Made by a program: the position numbers and the translations under genes
Source: Octopus vulgaris
Lineage: Eukaryota
DNA length: 64,000 nucleotides
NCBI GenBank assembly: GCA_951406725.2
Contig: OX597820.1
Span: forward strand, 31,248,001-31,312,000
Direction of reading: 5' to 3'
The notes under the pieces: model-generated
What the model saw: only the letters and a program-made list of their open reading frames with translations
The model's database searches: none
What the model was told of the DNA's origin: nothing
Shown here: positions 24,616 to 36,694 of the stretch, piece by piece
Layout: the number at the start of each line of letters is the position of its first letter
Numbering within the stretch: position 1 is the first letter of the stretch

Positions 24616-24819
24616 AGCAAAAGACATTTTTTTCCCCAATGACTGAGAAAACCCACGCATGTGAATGAGCGGGGGAGAGGGGTTGTGTGTATTGACTGAT
24701 TCTACAAACTTACATCATATATAATTTTCACTTCAATTTGTATATAACATTTACATGTACAGAGTCAGAGCTAATTTGTATGTTGTATGCATGTAAACAT
24801 CAAATGCAGACAAATTTAT

Positions 24820-24875
<56 letters not shown>

Positions 24876-24881
24876 TACATA

Positions 24882-25099
24882 TGAGGGGGTGCTGAAAAGT
24901 TCCTGGCTTTAAGGGTATTGTGAAAGGTCTGGTTGGGGGCCCAACCTTCCAAGTTCTTTTACAGGGCTTAGTAAAAATGAAGGACCGCTGCAATAAATTG
25001 TGTGCATCTGAGAGGGGAATATGTTGAATAAAATCATAATTAACTGATCCCCCTGTATATTCTTTTGCCCAAAACCAGGAACTTTTCAGCACCGGCTTG
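24882..25099 (+). mobile_element. mariner-derived MITE
   Basis: TIR TGAGGGGGTGCTGAAAAGTTCCTGG / CCAGGAACTTTTCAGCACC; homologous to 4695-4914. Confidence 0.8.
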
Positions 25100-25107
25100 T
25101 GTATGTG

Positions 25108-25147
<40 letters not shown>

Positions 25148-26268
25148 TTGGTTAAGAGTTCATATGTTCACAAAAGAAGCATTCTATAGAACTTTAGAGT
25201 AGAAATATTTAGAAGGTTGTTATGGCCAGTCTGAAAGTGACCTTTAGTTTTACACTTAAAAAACTCTTAGCTGTATAGGCACCTTGTCTCAAATGGCTGG
25301 AGGCACATAACTTCTCTACAAGGTAGTGTGTGCATCCGGTCATTTGAGTCCAATGAGCTTTATAGATGTAAAATCAATGGCTGTTCTCAGACTGGCTATA
25401 ACAAACAACTTTTTATATTATATCATATTATATATATATATAAATACACACACACACACACACACAGAGGAATGGCTGTGTAAGAAGCTTGCTTCCCAAA
25501 CATGAGGTTTTAGGTTCAGTCTCACTGTGTGGTACCATGGACAAATATATTCTACAATACCCTCAGGCCAACCAGAGCCTGGTGAGTGGATTTGGTAGAT
25601 GGAAACTGAAAGAAACCCTTTACATGTGTGTATGTGTATATGTGTGCGTGTTACATTTGTCTCCACCACCACTTGTCACCCAATGTTGGTTTGTTTATGG
25701 CCCCCATAACTCAGTGGCTTGGCCAAAGAGACCAATAGAACGAGTACCAGACTTAAGGGAACTGGGGTTGATTTGTTTGGCAAAGCCTTCAAGGCGGTCT
25801 TCCAGCATGGCCACAGTCCAGCAATTGCAACACAAAAAGAGAAAGAGAGAGATGAGGTGATATTTTCTTCTTGTAAGAGCTGTTAGGGAATCAGGTTAGT
25901 TATTCAGGGATCATGGATGGATTCACATTCCCTCTCTGTGACCCAAGAAAGACAACTGCATTAACATTAATTGGCTCCACCAAACCATAAACAGGTACAA
26001 AGAGGAAATATATATTCTACAGTTGTAACTAGTTAAGGCAGTGTTTGTGTGTGCATGCACATATTTAAGTACTTCTTTAAAGTGCTGGTTTCAAGTCTTT
26101 CCCCATCGGTCACTAAAAAGAAATAATAATAATAATAATAATAATGATGATGATAAACTCATTGTGATTATCTAAGACATGCTAAACGTGGTGCCTTGAA
26201 TAATTCCTCTCAGAATTATGGAAATAATCAATCAATCAATTGCTGAAGTGCTACCAAAAAATTGCAAT

Positions 26269-26324
<56 letters not shown>

Positions 26325-27357
26325 CATTGTAAAGGTTTACATCATAATCAGCCAGAGATTGTTTTTGTTTTTTTTTTTATCTATTTTATTTCCATTTATT
26401 TTTTCACCCTTTTTATTTTTATTTATTTATTTATTTATTTTGGCAACATACATACAAATTGGCATTATAGATATCAGATCTCATTCAATTACCTAAGCTA
26501 AACCAATTCCAACATTTGGTCAATATTCTGATGAATGATTCTAAGCGAAATTTCTCAGTCAGCATGAACCAGTTAAGTGTTAAAACAGAATTTATTTACC
26601 CATTTTTAAAAAAAATTCTTTCTTCCTTTTTTTTTGTTCATTTTACCCTCATACAGTCATAAACCTATAATTCCTATAATTATGTCACACTGTGTCATGA
26701 TGCAAATCCAATCAGATTTTTCATACCATTTTATGGATCATGAATGGTGTTTTCCTATTCTACGCAGAACTGTAAAACATTCTACAATGTGCCAATGATG
26801 TAAATTCGATCGTACATTTTTTCATACTATTCAGGAGGCATAACCTTTTCAAGATCATATTTTCAATGAAGAACACAACTTGTTTCTTGGTTTATTTTGA
26901 AAATAATCAAGAATTTGTAAAGAATTTAGTAAAATAACTTACACTGGAATCTATCCTTTGCTTGTTTCAGTCATTAGACTGTGGCCATGCTAGAGAACCA
27001 CCTCGAATAATTATATTCAAATGAATTGACCCCAGTAATTTTTTTATTCTTAAAGCCTGGTACTTATTCTATCAGTCTCTTATGCTGAACAGCTAAGTTA
27101 TGGGAGATGTAAAGACACCAACACTGGTTGTCAAATGGTGGTGGGTGGACAAACACAGACATATATAGACACACACACACACACACACACACACACGAAG
27201 ACTTCTTTCAGCTTCTGTCTACCAAATCAACTCACAAGGCTTTGGTCAGCTTGAGACTCTGGTAGAAGACACTTGGCTAAGGTGCCACACAGTGGGACTG
27301 AAACCAGAACCATGTAGTTGAGAAGCAAGCTTCTTACCACACAGCCATGCCTGTGCC

Positions 27358-27394
<37 letters not shown>

Positions 27395-27486
27395 ATATAT
27401 ATGATGTAGGTAGGGAAAAATCCAAGATGTGTCCTACTGAAGCACATTTACTTATTCTAGTATGAGAATCTAGTATGTATTAATCA

Positions 27487-27582
27487 ATTGTCTGAAGAAT
27501 TTCTAACAGGAAATTTCTTACATGTTTATCCAACATGTACAATTTTGGGATTCCTATTAGCAAATGAAACATGTGTAATGGT
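27487..27582 (+). ncRNA. type I hammerhead ribozyme-like motif with extended stem II
   Basis: CTGAAGA at 27492-27498. Stem II ATTTCTAACAGGAA/TTCCTATTAGCAAAT encloses the hairpin TACATGTT-TATCC-AACATGTA. GAAA at 27566-27569, stem III AC/GT, GUA triplet at 27575-27577. Stem I ATTGT/ATGGT relies on G-U pairs. Confidence 0.55.
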
Positions 27583-29382
27583 GTATAAATAATAATCCTT
27601 CAATCCTTAAAAATGTTTTAGCCCGAAGGCCGCGGCCATGCTGAGGCACCACTGCTGGATACCAAAAGATTTTCCAGATTCCTGTATTGTTTATATATAT
27701 ATATTGTTTCAGTCATTATGTTGTGGCCATTCTGGGGCACTGCCTTGAAGGGTTTAGTTAAACAAGTTGACTTCAGTACTTATTAAGCCTGATACTTTGG
27801 CAAAAGGAGTCTTGATCTATTGCCAAACTACTAAGTTCTGGGAAGGGGGGATGTAAACAAACCAACACTGGTTGTCAAGCTGTCGTGTCAGACAAACACA
27901 CACACACACATACACATGACAAGCTTCTTTCAATTTCTGTCTATAAAATCCACTTGCTAGGAACAGGTTGGTCTAGGGTTATAATAGAAAACATTTGTCC
28001 AGGTGGAATGCAGTGGGACTGAACCCAAAACTATGTGGTTGGGAAGCTAGCTTCTAACCAAACAACCATACTTGTGCCCGTGTGTGTGTATATCTATCTA
28101 TATATAAGGTATATTGACATATATTAAGTAGGTTTTAACCCACATGCAGATGCAAAATTAATGCTATTTCACAATGTCCGTATGACCTTACACATTTTAT
28201 TGCTGCTCTTATACCATTTAGTAGAGCATTGTTTATCTTCATACGAGTATCAATAATGTCTTCCCAGAATGAGCCTAAACCATTCCAGATCTAACAGAAC
28301 AGTACTGGGAAAACGCTTGTTTTCATTTTGTTTTCCCTCCTTTCAGAATTAAATTTAAAAAAGAATTTTTCTTTTAATATCCAAAAAATTCCAATTTAGA
28401 AATAATCATGGAAATAATAGCTTTGTGACAGAGTCCACTCCCATACCCCTTCATCTCCCCCCACCCCCGCAAAAAAAAACACCTTCAAATGAATAGAGTG
28501 TTTGTTTTTTGGAGGGGGAGGGTTGCGTACATGTTTAGTTGAGGGGAAAAAAATTAAAAAGAAAATTTAACTAAAAGCTAACAATGAATAAATAATGGAA
28601 GAAGAAAATTAAAAAGGAAAAAAAATTATCAGCAGTTCTTTTAACAAGAAACCGTTACCATGAGATGTCATAGTAGAAGGGCCTAGAATTCAGCTATTGT
28701 TCAATTGTACTAATTGTTGATTTCTCAATAAGGTAATAAAAAAATAAAAAAAATAAAAAAAAATCATAAAAAAAATATTCAAAACAAAAACAAATGTTGC
28801 AACAGGCTGACAATGGAACCATTCTTCAGTTGGAGTGGCATTGATTTCTCATTGAAGAAAGTGTGATGATCTGATAGGAACTGTTACTTTCTAAGGACTG
28901 ATGGTGGTAGTAGTAGTCACGATGATGGTGGTAATGTTGATCATGACGATGATAATGTTGCTAACGAAGGTTGCTGTGATGGTGAAAGCAGTTTCCATCA
29001 TGCTGTTGGTTGTGGCGGTGACCAGCAGGGCGCTAGCTGAATGACAAACCAGTATGTTGGTGAAGACAGTTATTGGTGATGGTGGTAGTGATGATGGCAA
29101 TGGCAGAGGTGGTGATGATCATAATGATGGTGATAATGATGGTAATGGTAGTGATTGGTGATGATAATGACATTACATCACAACAAATTTAATCATAAGA
29201 CTTCTTAAGATCAGAGTTGATGTGGGAGCTCAATAACAACAACAACAGAAACCAACAATATCAAGAACATTAGACATCATGCTATAGACATCTTGTATAA
29301 AAAGACAGGATGGTCTTTGTTGGAATACCTTTGATTATAAGACAGTTCGATCAAGGCTGATTTGGAGGTTAAACAGCAACAT

Positions 29383-29413
<31 letters not shown>

Positions 29414-29627
29414 GTTAAGATCTTCCTTTCACAATTGCATGATTTAGGTTCAATCTCATTGCATGACAACCCAAGGAAATGTCTTCCACTACAGCCTTAG
29501 GTTGACCAATGCCTTGTGAATGAAATTTGGTAGACAAAAACTGTACAAAAGCCTGTCATATATGTGTGCCTGTCTACTTGTCTATATATGTGTATGTATA
29601 TGTGTGTATATACATGCACATTTGCCA

Positions 29628-29796
29628 TGTTGAATCACTGAACTCAACACATTTTGTTTCATTCTATCTCCTTTATTCCTTTCAGTTGAAGAGCGTAGGC
29701 TTGAAATGTAAAAGACTTCCATTTTTCCCAAGTGTAAAACTAATACACTCACTTGTTGTTCCTACACTTGTCTTCATCTGTTTTTCTATAAATTTG

Positions 29797-29802
<6 letters not shown>
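29628..29802 (+). mobile_element. probable Penelope-like terminal repeat remnant
   Basis: Shares AAACTAATACAC..CTTGTTGTTCC with 2455-2545, abuts (TA)n and contains a hammerhead-shaped motif at 29679-29714. Confidence 0.4.
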
Positions 29803-29847
<45 letters not shown>

Positions 29848-30819
29848 GGTGTGGCTCTGTGTTTAAGAAGTTTGTCTCCCAACCATAGTCTTCTACTGTG
29901 GCTTCAGGATGATAATGGCCTGGTGAGTGGATTTGGCAGACAGAAACTGAAAGTAGCCTTTTCAAGTAGGTGCAATTGCACATGTTTGGCTTCCGTGCCA
30001 GTGGCACGTAAAAAGCACCATTCGAGCATGATTGTTACCAGCGTCGCCTTACTGGCACTTGTGCCAGTGGAACGTGAAAAAACATTCGAGCGAGGTCCTT
30101 GCCAGTGCCGCTAGACTGGCTCCTGTGCAGTTGGCACATAAAAAACACCATTTGAGCATGGCCATTGCCAGTACTGCCTGACTGGCACGTAAAAGCACCC
30201 ACTACACTCTCAGAGTGGTTGGTGTTAGGAAGGGCATCCAGCTGGAGAAACTCTGCTAGATCAAGATTGGAGCCTGGTGCAGCCATCTGGCTTGCCAGTC
30301 CTCAAACAAATCGTCCAACCCATGCTAGCATGGAGAGCGGGCGTTAAACGATGATGATGAAAATATAAGAAGAACAGATGTAAAAATAATGATCATAGGT
30401 GAAATGCTTAGCAGCATTTTGTCCATCTTTACATTCTGAGTTCAAATTCATCCTTCTGGGGTTGATAAAATAAGTACCAGTTGAGCACTGGTGTCGATGT
30501 AATTGACTAATACCCTCCCACAAAATTTCAGGCCTTAAGCCTATAGTAGAAAGGATTATTGTCAAATCTAATGACTAAGAGGAAAATTGAAATGACAGAA
30601 GAGTAGTTTGCTTTGATAGTATATGAGATATACTTTTTTCAAAAACTGAAATTAGCGGTACTAATTTTGGTAGCATTGAGAAAATTCTTTATTGATATCT
30701 GAAGAATGACTCTCCAGAGGGGAATTTGAAGTAAACGGAAAGTAGTAAAATTTAGCAATACATTTATTTTATTGGATGTTAGGTGCTCTTTTTTTTTTTT
30801 TTAATGCTAGTTATAAAAT

Positions 30820-31275
30820 ACAAACAGGCAGCACACACAAAAAGACACACACACACACTTACCAAGGAACACACACAAACACAAAGAAATACACACACAC
30901 ACACAAAGAAACACACACACAAAGAAACACACACACACCTACAAAGAAACACACACACACACACGCAAAGAAACACATACACACACAAAGAAAGACACAT
31001 ACACACACACAAAGAAAGACACATACACACACAAAGAACGACACATACACACACACACAAAGACACACAAACACAAAGATACATACACACATTTACACAA
31101 AGACATGCACACACACCCACACAAAGATACATACACACGCACACAAAAAGACACACACACACGCACACCCACAGAGAAAGAGAGACACACACACACACTC
31201 AGAGATATACATTTACACACACACAAACCCACACAGAAAGACACACGCACTCACACCAAAGGACACACAGACAGA
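30820..31275. repeat. compound minisatellite ACAAAGA(AA)(CA)n
   Basis: About 20 units of CACAAAGA plus a variable (CA)n; source of several spurious ORFs. Confidence 0.9.
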
Positions 31276-32357
31276 AACAATTGCACAGTGAAAATACTGG
31301 AACATTCTAGAAATGTGCAGTAACAATTATTGATACAGTTGTGTTTGTGAAATGATTGCTGACAGAGTAAGGACATGATGCAACAATAAAGAAACCATTA
31401 GATGAGTCTCCACACTTTCATCTCATAGTCAGCAGTTCTGAAGCCTTTACCAATTCTATGCACCTAGAATACATAATGAATATAATTAATTCAGTGTCAA
31501 TTATATGCTCATTAGCATATGTCCAAGTGAAATCAAAGTTTTTAACTCATCTTTTGTTCTTATTTCGTTTCAGACATAAGGCTGCGACCATGCTGGGGCA
31601 CCACTTCGAAGAATTTCAGTCAAACTAATCAGCCCCAGTATTGATTTTCTTTTTTTAAGCCTGGCACTTGTTCAATTGATCTCTTTTGCTGAATGCTATG
31701 TTTTAGGGATGGACACACACCAATACCAGCTGTCACGCAGTGGTGGAGGACAAACACACACACACACACACACATATGTAGGTGGTGGTGTCATGTAACT
31801 TGCAGGTGGTGGTGTCATATAACTTGCACCCATGCCAGTGTCATAAAAAGCATCTTTTGAGTGTTGGGCCTCATGGAAGCAAGGTGGCCAATACCAGTGG
31901 CACGTGAAAAGCACATTTGGAGTGTTGGACCTCACGGAGGCAATGACAAATGACCAAGACCTTTGGCATTACGCCGTGTTTAAGAAGACCCATCAAACCA
32001 AGTAAAATCACAGTCATGGCAGATACTGATGTCATGCAATAAAAGCATCCATTACACTCATGGAGTGGTTGGCGTTAGGAAGGGCATCCATGCCAAAGAC
32101 TGGAGTCTGGTCCAGCCTTCCAGCTTGCCAGTCCTGGTCAAACCGTCAAACCTATGCCAGCATGGATAATGGATGTTAAATGATGATGATAAATAAGACG
32201 TGCTTCTTTCAGCTTCCATCTGCCAAATCCACTCAAAAGACTTTGGTTGACCTGAGGCTTCAGTAGAAGACACTTGTATAAAGTGCCACAGAGAGAGAGA
32301 GTGAACCTAGAACCATGTGGCTGGGAAGCAAACTTCTTACCACACAGCCACACCTCA

Positions 32358-32414
<57 letters not shown>

Positions 32415-34159
32415 AGATAAGTATTTTCCTAAATCAAAGCTAAAGGTCTGTCATTTGTTTACAACTGAGATTTCTTGTGTTGAAGTCTTGGGTTTTATTG
32501 CAAGACCTCTCCTGACCAATATTCTTTTCCCTGTTGATTCCTTACTGCCGTTTGAGAACCTCTATGTAATTGTTCAAGTTTCTAGAAACAGTAGCCAACT
32601 GCCAATCATATCATAATATCTAACAACAAAATTTTTAAGATAAAAACACAGCAGATAATATTCCCCTCGATATACTATGGTTATGACTGGAATTATTTTT
32701 ACGATAGGGCTTGCTCAATAATGATAGGATTGATCTGGGTTGAAACAACATAGAAAACAATTGATATAACACAGTGAAGACATTCTCAATAAAATTTGCA
32801 GAGAAATTTATGAAACAACTGTATATATGATTAAGCTTAGCCAGCATTAAACCAGCTGTATCCTTCTCAAATACCAAATATTCTACCTGTTTTATATTTA
32901 AACTGACCAGATTAAGCCTCTTGCACTGACCCTTCACTGTCACTCTCAAAATATTCACATCACTGAAATATTGAAATCTTAAAGCTATGAGATAATGCAT
33001 GATTAATTCACAACAATGTGAATAAATACATATTTAAATTTGACAGAGTCTTCTGAATGCCAAAAGGTTAAAACAAAAAATAAAAGAATCAGGCAAAAAT
33101 AAATAAAGAAAGCAAAAAAGAACATTTGTCTGACCAGAAAACAAGACCCCACTCCACATCCAGAAATATTGGCTTCAAATTTTGGCACAAGGCCAATAAT
33201 TTCAGAGGAGGGGGTAACTCAATTACATTGACCCCAGTGTGTTCTAATTTTATTGACCACAAAAGCAAAGCTGACTTCAGTGGAATTTGAACTCAGAACG
33301 AAGAGACAGACAAAATATTGTTTCAAGTTCCTCCTCATAATTTATATGGATTAAAAGAGTTACTGGAAAATTGGTGATATACTTTCATTTCCTTTTATCA
33401 AATTAAAACCACTTCTATGCTGAATTAAGGGAATTGGAAAACCCCTCCTAACCTTTAAGATCTTAGACTTAATCACACTGATTGAAGGACTCATCATTAC
33501 CATGATCTTGATGTTTCATAAACATTTTTTTAGATATTAACCTCTATTCATTGTCATATTTGTATCATGTGTTCAGGGACTGAGTCCATGGAAGCTATCT
33601 AGTACTTTAAACTTTGTGATGACCTTTCACGTCTGCCACCAAGACACACACAAACACAGGAGTCTCAACAAGGATGCTTGATATGATGGTGAGAACAGCC
33701 AAATCACCCATATCACATCCTATGCTTAAAAACAAAACAAACAAAAAACAAAAACTGACACTTTCTGAAGGTGAGTGTGTGTGTGTGTGTGATAAAAAAA
33801 TTGGATGGTCATGGCTGGAATGCCTTTTGATAAGTGCCTGCTTCATTAAGGTTGACCTATGGCTGTACAACATCTAGCCTAACAATTATCTTAATTATTT
33901 TCTTACTATAGCACCTCATGTGATGTTTGATATATTAAAGAAAAGAAAAAACAAAAAAAAAAACCCCAGAAATTTCCAGGTTTCCAAAATCATTGACAAG
34001 ATCAATGGTTTCTTATTGACAGTTTCGTTTAAGTTAGAATGTGATCAAGCAATGAAAGGAAATGAAAAGAGGACAAATGGAATTAGATGATAAAAGGAGA
34101 TAAAAAAATGGAAAAAAAAAAAAAATCAAAGCTAAGGAAGAGTTTCTTCAACAAGGGAT

Positions 34160-34199
<40 letters not shown>

Positions 34200-34481
34200 G
34201 TGTGTATATATATATATATATGTTTGCATGTACACACAAACATGTGGACAGATAGGGAGACTGACACCAACAGATGTATGTATAGACAGTTAAATAAGTA
34301 CACTCATGTATATAAATATACACACACTGGTATATAATACATGCACTCACAGATACATTATTACACATGTATATAAATACGCATACAGAAATAAATATAT
34401 ATGAGCACACACATGTACATATATATATATATATACATATAGATATTTACACAAAGATACACACACACATACATAATGTAT

Positions 34482-34549
<68 letters not shown>

Positions 34550-34993
34550 TATCACTTATCTGGTACTAGTCTACAGAAATTGAAGAAAATTGGTCAAAGA
34601 GTGTGGGAGGCAAAAGACAATTGCTGCTAGCACCAGCTGACAGTATGAACACACACATACACACATGCATGCATACATACACAAACAGATGCTGGTTGTC
34701 CCCACCATACATACATAGTGACAGATATTAAACTGCCACAGATCCTTTTATAACTCCAAATGGGGGGTGCACTACAAGGAGTAAAGAACTCAACAGAAAC
34801 AATTATTTTATCTGTCAAATCTGTCTGTCTACACATAACACTTCATTGTAGAGTTTCAAAGTCAATCTCCTTACAGACACACATCTATCACTCAAATACC
34901 CTACACACACATACATACACACATTATATAAAGCACACATCTATTTTCTCTCTCTCTCTCTCTCTCTCCACACACACTTGCTCAGGAAATATA

Positions 34994-36220
34994 TTGGATC
35001 ATCCCATAAATAATGCAGGGTTTTTTCATGCTTTTTTTTATTTTTCAAAATTAAGATGAAGTTTTTTTTAAATCTAAAATATCCTCTCCATTTTCTACAA
35101 TGCTCTTCCATCTATCTGGTAGACTTGTAAGGCCATCCTTCCAAAATTTGCTTCTCCGTGACAAAAAATACTCCTCCAGTACTGTTCTGACTTCATCAAC
35201 AGAATTCTTATTTTTTCCATCCAAATGATTTTGAAGATGGCAAAATAAATGATAATCAGATTGGGCAATGCCCAGCGAACATGGTGGGTGGGGCATCGCT
35301 TCCCATTCAAACTGCTCCAGCCCTTGGAATGTCATCCTCACTGTATGTGGATGAACATTATCCTGAAGGAAGAACTTTTGAAACCAGCGCTGACTTAAGC
35401 TGCTCACAGCAGATCTCCTTTGTTATCGTTTGGTTTGGGTTTAAAGGTTCAAAGTGGACTAAACCTTTCATATCCCACCAAAGAGATAACAAAATCTGAT
35501 GTGGGTGAAGATCTTTAGCCTGGGGTGCCTGTGTTTCTCCTTTCCCTACCCATTGTCTTCAGTACTTGACATTTTTATAGAGAGCCCATTTCTTGTCACT
35601 CGTCACTATTTGATCCAAAAATGATTCATTTGTGAGCTGTAACAGCGAAGAAGAGCACACATTTACACTCTGCATGCAATTAGACTTGGAAAGTTTGTGA
35701 GGAACCCATTGACCCAATTTGCTGACTTTTCAGATTGTACACAGGTGTCAATGAAAGGTTGAATGACCAAATCCAAGCTTCTCTGTTAGTTCCTCAACAG
35801 TTACGATGGGATTTTGTTCCACCAGGGTTTTCAGGACGTCCTCATTAAGCTCTACAGATCTTCGAGGACGAGATTTGTCTTCTAGGCTGTAGTTTCCAGC
35901 TTGGAATTTCTGGAATCATTGTTGACACTGGCTTACGCTTATTGTCTGATCCCAATATGCAGCATTAATATTCCTCGCACTTTCTGTTGCATTGTTGCCT
36001 TTATTGAACTCAAAAAGCAAAATATGCCAAATAGGCTCCTTTGTCACTTCCATTATAGCTTTGAAAAAAAATAACTTGAAATCGAACTGCACTAAGAATA
36101 AATACAAAGTAAAATTACTACTTGCTTTTGTAGGAAGTTGATACAAGTAGTTTATCCCGTCCCCCTCCAACTTTTAATTCATACAACTGAAGAAACCACA
36201 TTATTCATGGGATGACCCAA
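34994..36220 (-). mobile_element. full-length decayed mariner DNA transposon (about 1.23 kb)
   Basis: TIRs TTGGATCATCCCATAAATAATGC and CACATTATTCATGGGATGACCCAA, flanked by TA at 34992-34993 and 36221-36222. Confidence 0.9.
35051..36053 (-). pseudogene. mariner (DD34D-type) transposase pseudogene
   Basis: MEVTKE...LFEFNKGNNATESARNI N-terminus, WVPHKL, IVTSDKKW, QDNVHPH and HPPCSLGIAQSDYHLF (a YSPDLAPSD variant), with several stops and frameshifts. Confidence 0.9.
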
Positions 36221-36465
36221 TACATTCTCTGGAGCCGATGAGAGCATATATGTGGTTGCTCGACCTGCTGGAAATAGTTTCCAAATATACTCTTCAAACC
36301 ACATCCTAAAATCTTAAAAATACAAAATAAACACATTGGGTGATGTAGGCCTGTAAACAACAGATACAAAAAGAAAAAAAAAAAGACAGTATGGCCATGG
36401 ATGGAATGCTTTCAATTATAAATAAGTGCAAAAAAAAGCTGACCTGGGGGTAAACAACATGTTAT

Positions 36466-36694
36466 TTAACTGCTTTGATACCAACCCACGTAAGTTTGCT
36501 CCAGCTTCTAATGATACGAACTTCCTTTTTCAAAGTGTTTGATATTAAGATACTTCCATCAAAATTACATGTTTATTCATGTTTAAAATATTAGCTTAAT
36601 ATCAACAATGTCATTTTACTGTATTTTTCCTTTTAAAAATCAATTGAAACAAAGACAGTGCATTCCAACAGAAATATGATATCACAAGGGTTAA
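36466..36694. mobile_element. piggyBac-type MITE, complete copy
   Basis: TTAA at both ends (36466-36469 and 36691-36694), ending AAGGG-TTAA. Homologous copies at about 37395-37612 and 38030-38231 (inverted). Confidence 0.65.

Noticed and set aside
26520-26570. CTGATGA...GAAA (also at about 3696 and 10557)
   Set aside because: No stem I, II or III pairing around the boxes.
29015-29040. CTCF-like CCAGCAGGGCGC
   Set aside because: Two bases shorter than the CCASYAGRKGGCRS core and embedded in degenerate trinucleotide repeats.
28891-29100. Thr/Ile-rich ORF
   Set aside because: Degenerate (ATC/ACC)n trinucleotide repeat with stops in the other frames and no splice support.
32547-32582. Apparent minus-strand micro-exon (NLNNYIEVLKR) with a GTAAGG donor
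   Set aside because: The acceptor and exon lie in a decayed family E repeat (CTAGAAACAGTAGCCAA).
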